NCBI GenBank assembly: GCA_038736355.1
Contig: JAVYML010000003.1
Span: forward strand, 285,314 to 349,313
Source of the DNA: Candidatus Hadarchaeales archaeon
GTDB taxonomy: Archaea > Hadarchaeota > Hadarchaeia > Hadarchaeales > WYZ-LMO6
Direction of reading: 5' to 3'
DNA: 64,000 bases
In this document: positions 8,312-16,910 of the stretch, piece after piece
Layout of the letters: the number at the start of each line of letters is the position of its first letter
How positions within the stretch are numbered: the stretch's first letter is position 1
The notes under the pieces: model-generated
The model's input: the letters and a program-made list of their open reading frames with translations, nothing else
What the model was told of the DNA's origin: nothing
The model's database searches: none
Position numbers and translations under genes: made by a program

Positions 8312-9271
8312 ATGGGTCTGCCCATCCTGAAACCCATGCTTGCCAAAATGGGTTCCCCCTCAGACCTCAAGAGGAAAAACTTCATTTGGGAACCCAAGCT
8401 TGACGGAACGAGGGCCCTGGTCTATCGGGAAGGGGAAAAGGTGGGCTTTTTGAACAGGAGGGGCAAGTGGATAGAATATAGGTATCCGGAGCTTTCCTCC
8501 CTATCCTCCCATCTCCTATCCGATCCCTGTCTGCTGGATGGGGAAATAGTGGTTTTCGGGGAAAACGGTCTTCCGAATTTCCCCCTCCTCCAAGAAAGGG
8601 AACACCAGGAAAATCCCTTCAGGATAGAATTCCTCTCCCGTCTTCATCCTGCCACGCTGGTAGTCTTCGATCTCCTCATCAAGGGAAGGGAAGAGCTCTT
8701 TTCCTTACCCCTTCTGGAAAGGAAGAAATTGCTCTCCGAAACCGTTCAAGAGGGGGAGAGGATCAAGCTCTGCCTCTACACCAAGCAGGGGGAGGACCTT
8801 TGGGAAAGTGTGAAGAAGATGGGGCTGGAGGGGGTAATGGGAAAGAGGGAAGATTCCCCCTATCGACCGGGCGTGAGGAGTCCGGATTGGCTCAAGTTAA
8901 AAACCACGAAGACCCTGGACGCCATCATCTTAGGATATACCCCGGGGGAGGGACAGAGGGCCCCTTACTTTGGGGCTTTGGCCCTGGGTGCCTATCATGG
9001 GGGTAAGCTCGTTTTCCTTGGAAAGGTGGGAACGGGCTTCGACACCAGGCTCATGGAGGAACTCACCCCCCTCCTCAAACAGCTGGAGAGGAGGGAGAGA
9101 CCCGTCGAGGAAGAGCCTCCTTACGAGGTAAAGTGGGTGGAACCCAAGCTCGTTTGTGAGGTGAAGTATCTTGAAATCACCGAAGACCTCAAGCTCAGGG
9201 CGCCTTCCTTCGTCAGGATGAAGGAAAAGGACCCACAGGAATGTGAACTGGAACTCGAGGTAAAAACTTAA
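8312..9271 (+). CDS. ligD: ATP-dependent DNA ligase, LigD-type ligase-only domain
   Basis: 319 aa. Adenylation motif I EPKLDGTRAL, GLEGVMGKR, and DWLKLK followed by an OB domain. Starts 2 nt after ku. No polymerase or phosphoesterase domain is attached. Confidence 0.9.
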   Translation: MGLPILKPMLAKMGSPSDLKRKNFIWEPKLDGTRALVYREGEKVGFLNRRGKWIEYRYPELSSLSSHLLSDPCLLDGEIVVFGENGLPNFPLLQEREHQENPFRIEFLSRLHPATLVVFDLLIKGREELFSLPLLERKKLLSETVQEGERIKLCLYTKQGEDLWESVKKMGLEGVMGKREDSPYRPGVRSPDWLKLKTTKTLDAIILGYTPGEGQRAPYFGALALGAYHGGKLVFLGKVGTGFDTRLMEELTPLLKQLERRERPVEEEPPYEVKWVEPKLVCEVKYLEITEDLKLRAPSFVRMKEKDPQECELELEVKT

Positions 9272-9293
9272 GGTAAAGCTTCCATTTTTATTC

Positions 9294-9368
9294 GGGCCCA
9301 TAGCTCAGCGGTAGAGCGCCCGCTTCGCAGGCGGGAGGTCGCGGGTTCGAATCCCGCTGGGTCCACCA
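9294..9368 (+). tRNA. tRNA-Ala (anticodon CGC), intron-less, CCA encoded
   Basis: Manual cloverleaf: acceptor GGGCCCA/TGGGTCC with the G3:U70 alanine identity pair, D arm GCTC/GAGC, anticodon arm CCCGC-TTCGCAG-GCGGG, T arm GCGGG-TTCGAAT-CCCGC, discriminator A, then CCA. Confidence 0.9.
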
Positions 9369-9693
9369 CCTTAACTCACACAAGTTCGTCCAGCACCCTC
9401 CAGCTAACGAACCCGCTGCTCTGTTCCTTCCTCCTTACTCCCAGATAATCCCCGAACTTCAGAGGTGGCTATGATATCAGGTAGTCCACTCTCCCCATAT
9501 GGCGCAGTTGAGGAGCTTGTTGTCATCTAGATCCTCCATGAGCAATGGAAGTTCCTCCCACACTCCTCCTCCGCCTCCCTAGGAGCCTCTTCACCTTCGA
9601 CCAGAACTCCACTCGCAATCCACCCTCCGAAGCATTCTTCTCTAGATACCTCGGGTTCCCCTTAAATTCTGGCTCGAAGAGAAAACTGGGGGA

Positions 9694-10932
9694 ATGACAG
9701 GACTCAGGGAAGTCGTGGTGGTGGAAGCCGTCCGCACCCCCACAGGAAAGTCGGGATGGGCAGGAATGGGGAAAAGAGGGATTTTCTCGGAGGTTTCTTC
9801 CCAGTATCTGCTTGCCGTGGTCCTGCGCGGTTTGGTGGAGAAGGTGAAAAAGAGGTGTTCTGCCTTCGACGAAAGGGAAATAGAGGATGTGGCCGTAGGG
9901 TGTCTCAGCCAAATAGGAGAGCAAGGATTGAACCTCGGCAGACTGGGGGTAATAGCCGCGGACCTCCCGCTGGAAACGGCGGGTTGGACGGTGAATCGGT
10001 ATTGCAACGCCGGTCTACAGGCCATCAATTCTCAGGCCCAGGCCCTCATGGCGGGCTGTGGGGAAATAGCCATAGCCGCTGGAGTGGAACTCATGAGTCG
10101 CTATCCCATAGGATCCGATCTGGAGGCTGCCCTGAAGGCCGATTTCCCCGTTTCTTTCCATCCAAGAGTGGAGGAAAGGGGTGCTCTACAAGTAATGGGG
10201 GTCTGCGCGGAGCTGGTAGCTGAAAAGTACGGGCTAACAAGGGAGGACCAAGATCTCTTCGCCCTGTGGAGTCATCAAAAAGCGGTGAAGGCGATGAGGG
10301 AAAGGGAATGGTATGAGAAGAGAGTAATCCCGGTAGAGGTGGAGAGGGGGGAAGAAAAGATAAGGGTTGAGAAGGACGAACCGCCTAGGACCATTTCTTT
10401 GGATGATCCAGCCACGGCTTACGAACGCCTTAAGGCCCTTCCTCCCAGGTTCAAGGAGAACGGCACGGTTACCGCCGGAAACTCCTCCGCCATAGCGGAT
10501 GGGGCGGCAGCGGTGATGCTGATGACCTTGGAAAAAGCGGATGAACTGGGGCTCAAACCCCTCGCCAAAATAAAGTCCATGGCCGTAGCAGGCGACGATC
10601 CCGTTAGTATGCTATTGGGACCCATTCCCGCTATGCGTAAGGCGCTGGCCCGGGCCGGCCTGAGGATGGAGGAGGTGGAAGTGTGGGAGCCCAACGAGGC
10701 CTTTGCCTCCCCCGTGTTGGCCTTCTGCAGGGAGTTCGGAGTACCCTTCGATGACCCCCGCATCAATCCCACAGGAGGAGCCATAGCCATAGGGCATCCC
10801 ATAGGATGCAGCGGGGTTCTCTACTTTACGGAAATGGTTCACTGGATGGCCCGTCATCGTCTCAGGTATGGATTACAAACCATGTGCGGGGGAGGAGGGG
10901 TGGGAATAGCAACGGTAGTGGAGGGGATGTAG
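9694..10932 (+). CDS. acetyl-CoA C-acetyltransferase / 3-ketoacyl-CoA thiolase (bacterial-type thiolase)
   Basis: 412 aa. NRYCNAGLQAI (nucleophilic Cys), GNSSAIADGAAAVML, GHPIGCSG and CGGGGVGIATVVE thiolase signatures. Confidence 0.9.
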   Translation: MTGLREVVVVEAVRTPTGKSGWAGMGKRGIFSEVSSQYLLAVVLRGLVEKVKKRCSAFDEREIEDVAVGCLSQIGEQGLNLGRLGVIAADLPLETAGWTVNRYCNAGLQAINSQAQALMAGCGEIAIAAGVELMSRYPIGSDLEAALKADFPVSFHPRVEERGALQVMGVCAELVAEKYGLTREDQDLFALWSHQKAVKAMREREWYEKRVIPVEVERGEEKIRVEKDEPPRTISLDDPATAYERLKALPPRFKENGTVTAGNSSAIADGAAAVMLMTLEKADELGLKPLAKIKSMAVAGDDPVSMLLGPIPAMRKALARAGLRMEEVEVWEPNEAFASPVLAFCREFGVPFDDPRINPTGGAIAIGHPIGCSGVLYFTEMVHWMARHRLRYGLQTMCGGGGVGIATVVEGM

Positions 10933-10933
10933 T

Positions 10934-12214
10934 TCAGATCCTCTTTATCCTCACCAGGTGGGTAGCACAGGAAATACAAGGATCGTATGCCCTGGCGATC
11001 ATCTCCAGAGTCCTTTCGAGCTCCTTCGGGTTCTTCACGAGCTTGGGGGCTGCCACCCTGAAGTCCTTATCGACGTTGGCGGCGTTCATGGCGGTTGGTG
11101 TGATCACATCCGCCCATACGACCCTTCCCTTGGCATCGAACTTGTAAGAGTGTATCAGGATGCCCCTAGGAGCCTCCACGGAAGCCGTTCCCGTCCCCGC
11201 CTTTGGCTTTACCTCCACCGGTTCCTCTTTCTTCAGTCCAAGGCTGAGGAGCTCCTCCACATCGGAGATGCAGCGGTCCACGCTGTGGACCAACTCTAGG
11301 GCCTGGGCCAAGTTGTTGGAAAGGGAGTTTTGATAATCCAGCTTGTCCTTGTGTTGCTTGAAAAGCTCCTTTGCCTCTCCCTCCAGCCTTTCTCCGAAGA
11401 GTCTAATCCTGGCCAAAGCCCCCACCATAAAGGGCTTACCCTTGTAGGAGGAATGCTTGGCCCTGGAATGCTTCACCGTGGTCTCCTTGATGTACTTTCG
11501 ATAGTCATGCACATCCCAGCTCTCCCCATCCGAAGCCACATGCCTCTCTCCGAAGTATCCGAACCTTTTACCGGGATCCAAAGCGATGAAAGTATTCTCC
11601 GATCTCGGTGCCTCTGGAAGCTCGAAGGAGGAAAAGAGCTTCACGGAAAGAAGGGCGAACTCCCTTGTGAGCTGCATGGCTTCTTTGATCCTCTCCAGGT
11701 CCTTCTCCGAGGGAATGGTGGCGAAACCTCCCACCCTTTCGTTCATTCCATGAACTTCCCTCCCGGTGAGGATGTTGTGGACCAAGTTTCCTGCCTTCTT
11801 AAGTTGTAAAGCCCCTTTCACCTCCCTCGGATACTTCTGTGCCATGTGCACCACGCTGGGGAAACCGAGGAAGTCGGGGAGGGCCAAGGCAAACACGTGA
11901 AGGGCGTGGCTTTCCACCATTTCTCCGTGGATGAGCAGGTCCCTCAGGAGCTCGGTTTGCCTCGAAACCTTCACCCCTAAGGCATCCTCCACCGCCTTGA
12001 TGGAAGCCATGCTGTGGGCGCAGGTACAGATGGCACAGATCCTCCTCATCACGTCAGGGACCTTCTCGTAGTGCATTCCCCTGATGAAGGACTCGAAGAA
12101 CCTTGGACCCTCGAAGAGGTTGAACTTCACTTCCCTTACCTGGTCCCCTTCGATTTCGACCTCGATTCCACCTTCCCCTTCCACCCTAGCTAGTGGTTCC
12201 ACTTCTATCTTCAT
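10934..12214 (-). CDS. hydA: NiFe hydrogenase large (alpha) subunit, group 3b-like
   Basis: RVEGEGGIEVEI N-terminus, L1 motif RICAICTCAH and C-terminal DPCISCATH followed by a short cleavable tail. Last gene of a beta-gamma-delta-alpha string. Confidence 0.85.
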   Translation of the reverse strand: MKIEVEPLARVEGEGGIEVEIEGDQVREVKFNLFEGPRFFESFIRGMHYEKVPDVMRRICAICTCAHSMASIKAVEDALGVKVSRQTELLRDLLIHGEMVESHALHVFALALPDFLGFPSVVHMAQKYPREVKGALQLKKAGNLVHNILTGREVHGMNERVGGFATIPSEKDLERIKEAMQLTREFALLSVKLFSSFELPEAPRSENTFIALDPGKRFGYFGERHVASDGESWDVHDYRKYIKETTVKHSRAKHSSYKGKPFMVGALARIRLFGERLEGEAKELFKQHKDKLDYQNSLSNNLAQALELVHSVDRCISDVEELLSLGLKKEEPVEVKPKAGTGTASVEAPRGILIHSYKFDAKGRVVWADVITPTAMNAANVDKDFRVAAPKLVKNPKELERTLEMIARAYDPCISCATHLVRIKRI

Positions 12215-12966
12215 CCCTTCACCTCCAAGATTTCGGGATAGTTGGCCGCAAACATGCGCAGCCTAGCCCTAACATAGTCCAATTTGAAGCCCGCCTCCTT
12301 GAAAACCTGTAGGGCACTCTTCACCCTGGCCTCCCCCTCTATCACTCCCCTGCATCCTATGCAATCCACTCCCAGCGAGGGGCATCTGGCCTTGCATCCT
12401 CCCACGGTGAGGGGTCCCAGGCAGAGCTTGCCCTCCAGCATCAGGCATCCATTTTCCCTGAGCTTACATTCCACACACACGGGATAATCCACCGCCTCGG
12501 GCAGATCCCCTCTGAGCAAGGAGGCAGCGGCCCTCAAGAATTCCTCCTTCTCTATGGGACAGCCGGGAAGGACGAAATCCACCTTAACATAGGCTGAGAG
12601 GGGCTTGGATTCGTAGATTTCCCACACATCCGGAGCTCCGTAAACCTCCCTCATCTTCTCCTCCACCTTCAAGATCCCATTACAACTCGCCTGTACTCCT
12701 CCCCAGGCAGCACAATCCCCTATAGCAACCAGCAGTTTGGCCTTTTTCCTTATCTCTTCCAATTTTTGCTTCTGCTTGGGAGTGGTGATGGACCCCTCTA
12801 CGAAAGCCACATCGTACTCACTATCCTCCACGGCACTGCTTGCCATCGTGAAGGACTTTAGGTCCAAGGCTCCCACCAACTCCAGCAGCTCATCCTCCAG
12901 GTTGAGGATCATGAGCTGATCCCCAGCACATCCCGTGAACCCAAAGATCCCGACCTTCGGCTTCAT
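12211..12966 (-). CDS. hydD: NiFe hydrogenase small (delta) subunit
   Basis: 251 aa. N-terminal GFTGCAGDQ and multiple Cys clusters (GDCAAWGG, PGCP, CVECK, GCKARCP, CIGCRG). 4-nt overlaps on both sides. Confidence 0.8.
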   Translation of the reverse strand: MKPKVGIFGFTGCAGDQLMILNLEDELLELVGALDLKSFTMASSAVEDSEYDVAFVEGSITTPKQKQKLEEIRKKAKLLVAIGDCAAWGGVQASCNGILKVEEKMREVYGAPDVWEIYESKPLSAYVKVDFVLPGCPIEKEEFLRAAASLLRGDLPEAVDYPVCVECKLRENGCLMLEGKLCLGPLTVGGCKARCPSLGVDCIGCRGVIEGEARVKSALQVFKEAGFKLDYVRARLRMFAANYPEILEVKG

Positions 12967-13802
12967 CCTATCAACCCCTTTATCTGGAGGGCATCCACGC
13001 CCGTGAAGACGGGTCCATCCTTACATACGTACCTCATGGAGGTACCTGCCCCCACCACACAATGCCTGCATTTCCCAATTCCGCACTTCATCCTCCTTTC
13101 CATCGTCATGTAGATCCTCTCTGGAGGGAAGTTCCTGTCCATGAACTCCTTGAAGACGAATCTGTACATTACCGGTGGACCACAAACCACCGCATAGGCA
13201 TCCGGGTTCAAGTCCACCATTCCGAAGAGCTTCGTGACCACTCCCTCACAAACCCTCTCCGGACACTTTTTCCTCAAGTTCTTGCATACTTCATCCTCCT
13301 TTTCATAGGAAAGGTAGACCCTACAGTCCTTGGAATCCATGAGTTTCATGATCTCATCCTTGAAGAGCATCAAACTGTAGTCCCTTATTCCGTAAAGGAG
13401 GAGGATTTCCTTATAATCCTTCCTGTGATCCAAGGCGTATTGGAGAACCCCCCTCAGGGGAGCCATTCCCAAACCTCCCGACACCAGGATGAGATCATGG
13501 CCCTTCATCTTCTCCATTGGAAAACCGTTTCCATATGGACCCCTTATCCCCACCTTGTCTCCAGGGGAAAGCCGATGAAGGGCGGAAGTAACCCTTCCCA
13601 CCTTCCTCACGCAAATCTCCATGGGTTTTCTGGTCGGGGAGGAACAAATGGAGATGGGAGCCTCACCCACTCCCGCCACGCTCACCTCTATGAACTGGCC
13701 TGGTTGATGGTTCAGAGAAGCATCCAATTGGATGAGTTTCTCTATGGGAGTTTGTTCCTCCACCTTCAGCACCTTGGCCTGCCTGGGAAGGAGCTCGTTC
13801 AT
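12963..13802 (-). CDS. hydG: hydrogenase gamma subunit, FAD/NAD(P)-binding oxidoreductase with 2Fe-2S site
   Basis: 279 aa. Ferredoxin-NADP reductase-like fold (ILVSGGLGMAPL) and C-terminal CGIGKCRHC cluster motif. Confidence 0.8.
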   Translation of the reverse strand: MNELLPRQAKVLKVEEQTPIEKLIQLDASLNHQPGQFIEVSVAGVGEAPISICSSPTRKPMEICVRKVGRVTSALHRLSPGDKVGIRGPYGNGFPMEKMKGHDLILVSGGLGMAPLRGVLQYALDHRKDYKEILLLYGIRDYSLMLFKDEIMKLMDSKDCRVYLSYEKEDEVCKNLRKKCPERVCEGVVTKLFGMVDLNPDAYAVVCGPPVMYRFVFKEFMDRNFPPERIYMTMERRMKCGIGKCRHCVVGAGTSMRYVCKDGPVFTGVDALQIKGLIG

Positions 13803-14785
13803 TTAGCCACACCCCTTATCGTGGAGAGCATTTCCACGAAGTCTATTCCTGCCGGACAGTAAACCGTGCATCTTCCGCATCCCACGCACCTCACTTCTTC
13901 CCCTACCTTGCAACTGAGCCTGTTAAGCGTCCTCTCCACCACCGTTGGCCTGAAGTTCAAACCTCCTGCCACCAGTGCATGCCTCTTCAGCATACAGGAA
14001 TCCCATCTCCTCACCCTGCTCCCCTTCCTGATGTCGAGGGTCAAAAGATCTGAAACATCATAGCACTGGCAGGTAGGACAGACAAGATTACAGGTGCCGC
14101 AAGCCAAACACTTCCTCGTGAGCTCTTCCCATCCTTCCTTCCCTTCCGTCTCTATCAAGTCACCCATTCCCGCCAAGTTGATTTTCCTTTTAATTCTACC
14201 CTTCCTTCTCTCCTCCAGCTTCGCTGCAAGCTTCATCTCCGCTTCCCCTGCCTCCTTGAAGTACTCAGCCTTCGAAAGCCTGTATCCTTCCCCGCTTCCT
14301 ATCCTCACCAAGTATTCCTTTCCAAGGTCGTGGAGGAAGAGATCGAACCCGCTGGAAGCATATCCACTTCCCACAGAGGTACAGAAGCAGTATTTGTCCG
14401 GAACGCAGGTTAATCCTATCACTAGGGTGTTTTCCCTCCTCCTAGCGTAGTATTCATCCCTCGGGGCATCGAGGAAAACCCTGTCTAGCTTGAGGATACC
14501 GTTGATGTCACATGCATGAACTCCCAAGAGAACGGCCTTTTTACCATCGAGCTTTTCCGTGTACGTTTCTCCCTCAAAAGACAGGATTTCCTCTTCGGGA
14601 GGTAGGAAGAGTTTCTTGGGAGGAAGGAGGGTACGAGTATATTCCAGCTTTGCTTCCTTCAGGTTCTCCACCCTTCTAAAGACCACCTTCCCCTTTTCCT
14701 CTACTGGAGCGAACACTTCTCCGTATCCTTTTAGGGCTTCGAAGAGTTTGGGAAAATCCGCTTTAGAGAGCTTGGCGTATCTCAT
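13799..14785 (-). CDS. hydB: hydrogenase beta subunit, 4Fe-4S protein (AsrA-like)
   Basis: 328 aa. CLACGTCNLVCPTCQC and CVGCGRCTVYCPAGI motifs. First gene of the four-subunit string. Confidence 0.8.
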   Translation of the reverse strand: MRYAKLSKADFPKLFEALKGYGEVFAPVEEKGKVVFRRVENLKEAKLEYTRTLLPPKKLFLPPEEEILSFEGETYTEKLDGKKAVLLGVHACDINGILKLDRVFLDAPRDEYYARRRENTLVIGLTCVPDKYCFCTSVGSGYASSGFDLFLHDLGKEYLVRIGSGEGYRLSKAEYFKEAGEAEMKLAAKLEERRKGRIKRKINLAGMGDLIETEGKEGWEELTRKCLACGTCNLVCPTCQCYDVSDLLTLDIRKGSRVRRWDSCMLKRHALVAGGLNFRPTVVERTLNRLSCKVGEEVRCVGCGRCTVYCPAGIDFVEMLSTIRGVAK

Positions 14786-14808
14786 TGAATCTTTTCCATT
14801 TCAAGCCC

Positions 14809-14819
14809 AATTTAAAAAG
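14809..14819 (-). promoter_or_regulatory. TATA-like box upstream of hydB
   Basis: The minus strand reads CTTTTTAAATT, centred about 29 nt upstream of the hydB ATG (14785), inside the 61-nt gap after the MaoC gene. Confidence 0.35.
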
Positions 14820-14846
14820 CTTTTCTTTTCACCCTCCTTGGGGGAC

Positions 14847-15665
14847 CTATTTCGAGCGGAAGGAACCGGAAAGGGCCACCCCCCTTTCAGTGGAAACTCT
14901 GAGGAGGTATCCATCCTCCCTTCTCCACCCTTCTATCCTTAGCCTATCGCCCGGAAAAACCACTCCAGAGAATCTGGCCTTCAATGAGACGAATCTTTCA
15001 GGATCGTTATTACACAGCTTCTTGAGGAGGGTTCTACCCACCACACCGAATGTACATAGGCCATGGAGGATAGGTCTTTCAAACCCCGCCAGTCTTGCAA
15101 ATTCTGGATCGATATGTAAAGGGTTCAAATCTCCCGAAAGTCTGTAAATGAGATTGAGGTTTTCTCCTATCCTCGCCTCTTCCTCAACTTCGGGTGGGCC
15201 GAGAGGGAACTCCTCCCTGTAACTTGGTCCCCTTTCTCCCCCGAAACCTCCTTCCCCCACGAAAAGAAGGGAGGCGGTATTGTCGAAGAGAGGTCTTCCC
15301 TTTTCGTCCTTGCTCTTCATCTCCACGATAGCCAGGGCATGTTTTCCCTTGTCGTACAGGGAAACTATTTTTCCAGTGGTGTAAACCTTGCCTTCTGGGG
15401 GCAGAGTACTGTGGAGGACCAACTCATGCCCAGCGTGTAGGAGCTTCGTTAGGTCTCCCTCGAGAGTTTCCAATGCCCAGAGGAGAATGGGGTAGGAAGG
15501 GAGCACGGCAAAGGTGGGATAAACCTTGAGCTTCCCCTCGTAGACGAACTCTAAATCCTCGTTTCCAGCTCCTATCCCGAGGGCATAAAGGATCACTTCC
15601 CTCCACGAATAGGAGAACTCCACGGGGCCCGTTTCCCTTCCCACTGCCTTTAGATTGAGTGGCAT
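14847..15665 (-). CDS. MaoC-like (R)-specific enoyl-CoA hydratase/dehydratase, double hot-dog
   Basis: 272 aa. YRLSGDLNPLHIDPEFARLAGF hydratase-2 motif in the C-terminal hot-dog. The N-terminal half resembles the non-catalytic hot-dog of MFE-2-type enzymes. Confidence 0.85.
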   Translation of the reverse strand: MPLNLKAVGRETGPVEFSYSWREVILYALGIGAGNEDLEFVYEGKLKVYPTFAVLPSYPILLWALETLEGDLTKLLHAGHELVLHSTLPPEGKVYTTGKIVSLYDKGKHALAIVEMKSKDEKGRPLFDNTASLLFVGEGGFGGERGPSYREEFPLGPPEVEEEARIGENLNLIYRLSGDLNPLHIDPEFARLAGFERPILHGLCTFGVVGRTLLKKLCNNDPERFVSLKARFSGVVFPGDRLRIEGWRREDGYLLRVSTERGVALSGSFRSK

Positions 15666-15668
15666 GTC

Positions 15669-16619
15669 TCAGAAAAGACCCAGTTCTTCCACCAGAAGGG
15701 AGCGGAGATCCTGGGGTGGGGGCATTTTTTCCAGTAGGGAAGGTAGGACCTCCGCCAGCTCCTCGACCAACCATTTGCCCTTCTTCGAAGCCTTCTGTAG
15801 GGACCTCCAACCATCTAAAACCCACACAGTGCCGCCCACGATTCTTATCACCCTTCCCGTAATCCCCGCTGCAAGATCCGAAGCCAAATAGGCCACCAAG
15901 GGGGCTGCGTTCGCGGGTGAAAGGATATCGAAGCCGAAGCGTTTTTCCATTTCTTCAGGAGTACTCATGAGCGGAGCCATCGAAGGAGTGGCCTCCGTAG
16001 TAAGCCTAGTCCTAGCCAAAGGAACTATCACGTTGGCCATCACACCATACTTTTCCATTTCTTTGGCCACGATGAGGGTAAAGGCCACGATTCCTGCCTT
16101 AGCTGCCCCGTAGTTGCTCTGACCGGGATTGTAAAGAAGACCTGCATCGGAAGCCGTGTTGATGATCCTTCCCGAAACGGGTTTTCCTGCTTTATGTTGC
16201 TCCCTCCAATAGGCACATGCATGTCTGGTACAGTTGAAGGTCCCCTTTAAATGGACGTTGATCACATCATCCCATTCCTCTTCGGTCATATTGAAAATCA
16301 TCCTGTCCCTCAGAATTCCTGCATTGTTCACTAGAATATCCAATTTCCCGAAGTTTTCCAAGGCAGTTTCTACGATCTTCTTTGCCCCTTCGAAGCTCGA
16401 AACGCTTTCGTAACTGGGAACCGCTTCTCCCCCCATCTTCCTTATTTCCTCCACCACCTCATCTGCTGGACCATGATGCTCTCCCTTCCCGTCGAATCCT
16501 CCACCCACATCGTTGACCACCACCTTGGCCCCGTGACGAGCCAGCTCCAAAGCTTCTTCCTTCCCCAAACCCCTACCTGCCCCCGTGACAATGGCAACTT
16601 TTCCTTCCAAAAGTTTCAT
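15669..16619 (-). CDS. short-chain dehydrogenase/reductase, MFE-2-like 3-hydroxyacyl-CoA dehydrogenase
   Basis: GKVAIVTGAGRGLGKEEALELARHGAKVVVND cofactor motif, NNAGI, and YxxxK (YGAAKAG). The ATG at 16619 is preferred over the track start at 16685 because a strong TATA box lies 26 nt upstream of it. Confidence 0.85.
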   Translation of the reverse strand: MKLLEGKVAIVTGAGRGLGKEEALELARHGAKVVVNDVGGGFDGKGEHHGPADEVVEEIRKMGGEAVPSYESVSSFEGAKKIVETALENFGKLDILVNNAGILRDRMIFNMTEEEWDDVINVHLKGTFNCTRHACAYWREQHKAGKPVSGRIINTASDAGLLYNPGQSNYGAAKAGIVAFTLIVAKEMEKYGVMANVIVPLARTRLTTEATPSMAPLMSTPEEMEKRFGFDILSPANAAPLVAYLASDLAAGITGRVIRIVGGTVWVLDGWRSLQKASKKGKWLVEELAEVLPSLLEKMPPPQDLRSLLVEELGLF

Positions 16620-16640
16620 CACTTTTCCTCCTCTCTTCAC

Positions 16641-16649
16641 TATATATAA
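16641..16649 (-). promoter_or_regulatory. TATA box for the SDR-MaoC transcription unit
   Basis: TATATATAA, centred about 26 nt upstream of the ATG at 16619. Implies a leaderless transcript. Confidence 0.45.
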
Positions 16650-16824
16650 GGTGAGTTTCAAATTTTTGGACCCCAGAAATCGCAAAACGCCTCCTTCCCC
16701 TGTGAACAGTAAATAACACAGAACATGTCCAAACCTCCCAAGACTTCAAAAATCTGCCTCAATTCGCGTTTTAAACAGCTGAAAATGGCGGGCCCGGTGG
16801 GATTTGAACCCACGACCGTCCGGT

Positions 16825-16836
16825 TTCCCCACACGT
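16825..16836 (-). other. tRNA-Lys intron 3 (12 nt, canonical position 37/38)
   Basis: RNA ACGUGUGGGGAA. Central helix CUCU/GGGG (G-U pairs), bulges UA|A and AA|A. Relaxed bulge-helix-loop form. Confidence 0.75.
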
Positions 16837-16843
16837 TAAGAGC

Positions 16844-16867
16844 TTCATCCGGTCCTCTTCGGACCGA
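16844..16867 (-). other. tRNA-Lys intron 2 (24 nt, between positions 30 and 31)
   Basis: RNA UCGGUCCGAAGAGGACCGGAUGAA. Canonical hBHBh': outer helix GGAG/CUCU, central 4-bp helix CAUC/GAUG, bulges CG|U and AA|G, inner helix CGGUCC/GGACCG. Confidence 0.8.
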
Positions 16868-16889
16868 CGGATGCTCCACCAGACTGAGC

Positions 16890-16910
16890 TTCCCGGTAGC
16901 TTGCGCTACT
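16890..16910 (-). other. tRNA-Lys intron 1 (21 nt, between positions 9 and 10)
   Basis: RNA AGUAGCGCAAGCUACCGGGAA. Central helix CCCG/CGGG, bulges UA|A and AA|G, inner hairpin GUAGC-GCAA-GCUAC, outer helix GGG/CUC. Confidence 0.75.

Noticed and set aside
9523-10028. ORFs 9523-9924 (-) and 9642-10028 (-) upstream of and overlapping the thiolase gene.
   Set aside because: Most of each ORF is antisense to the well-supported thiolase N-terminus. The remainder lies in the non-coding spacer and has no motif.
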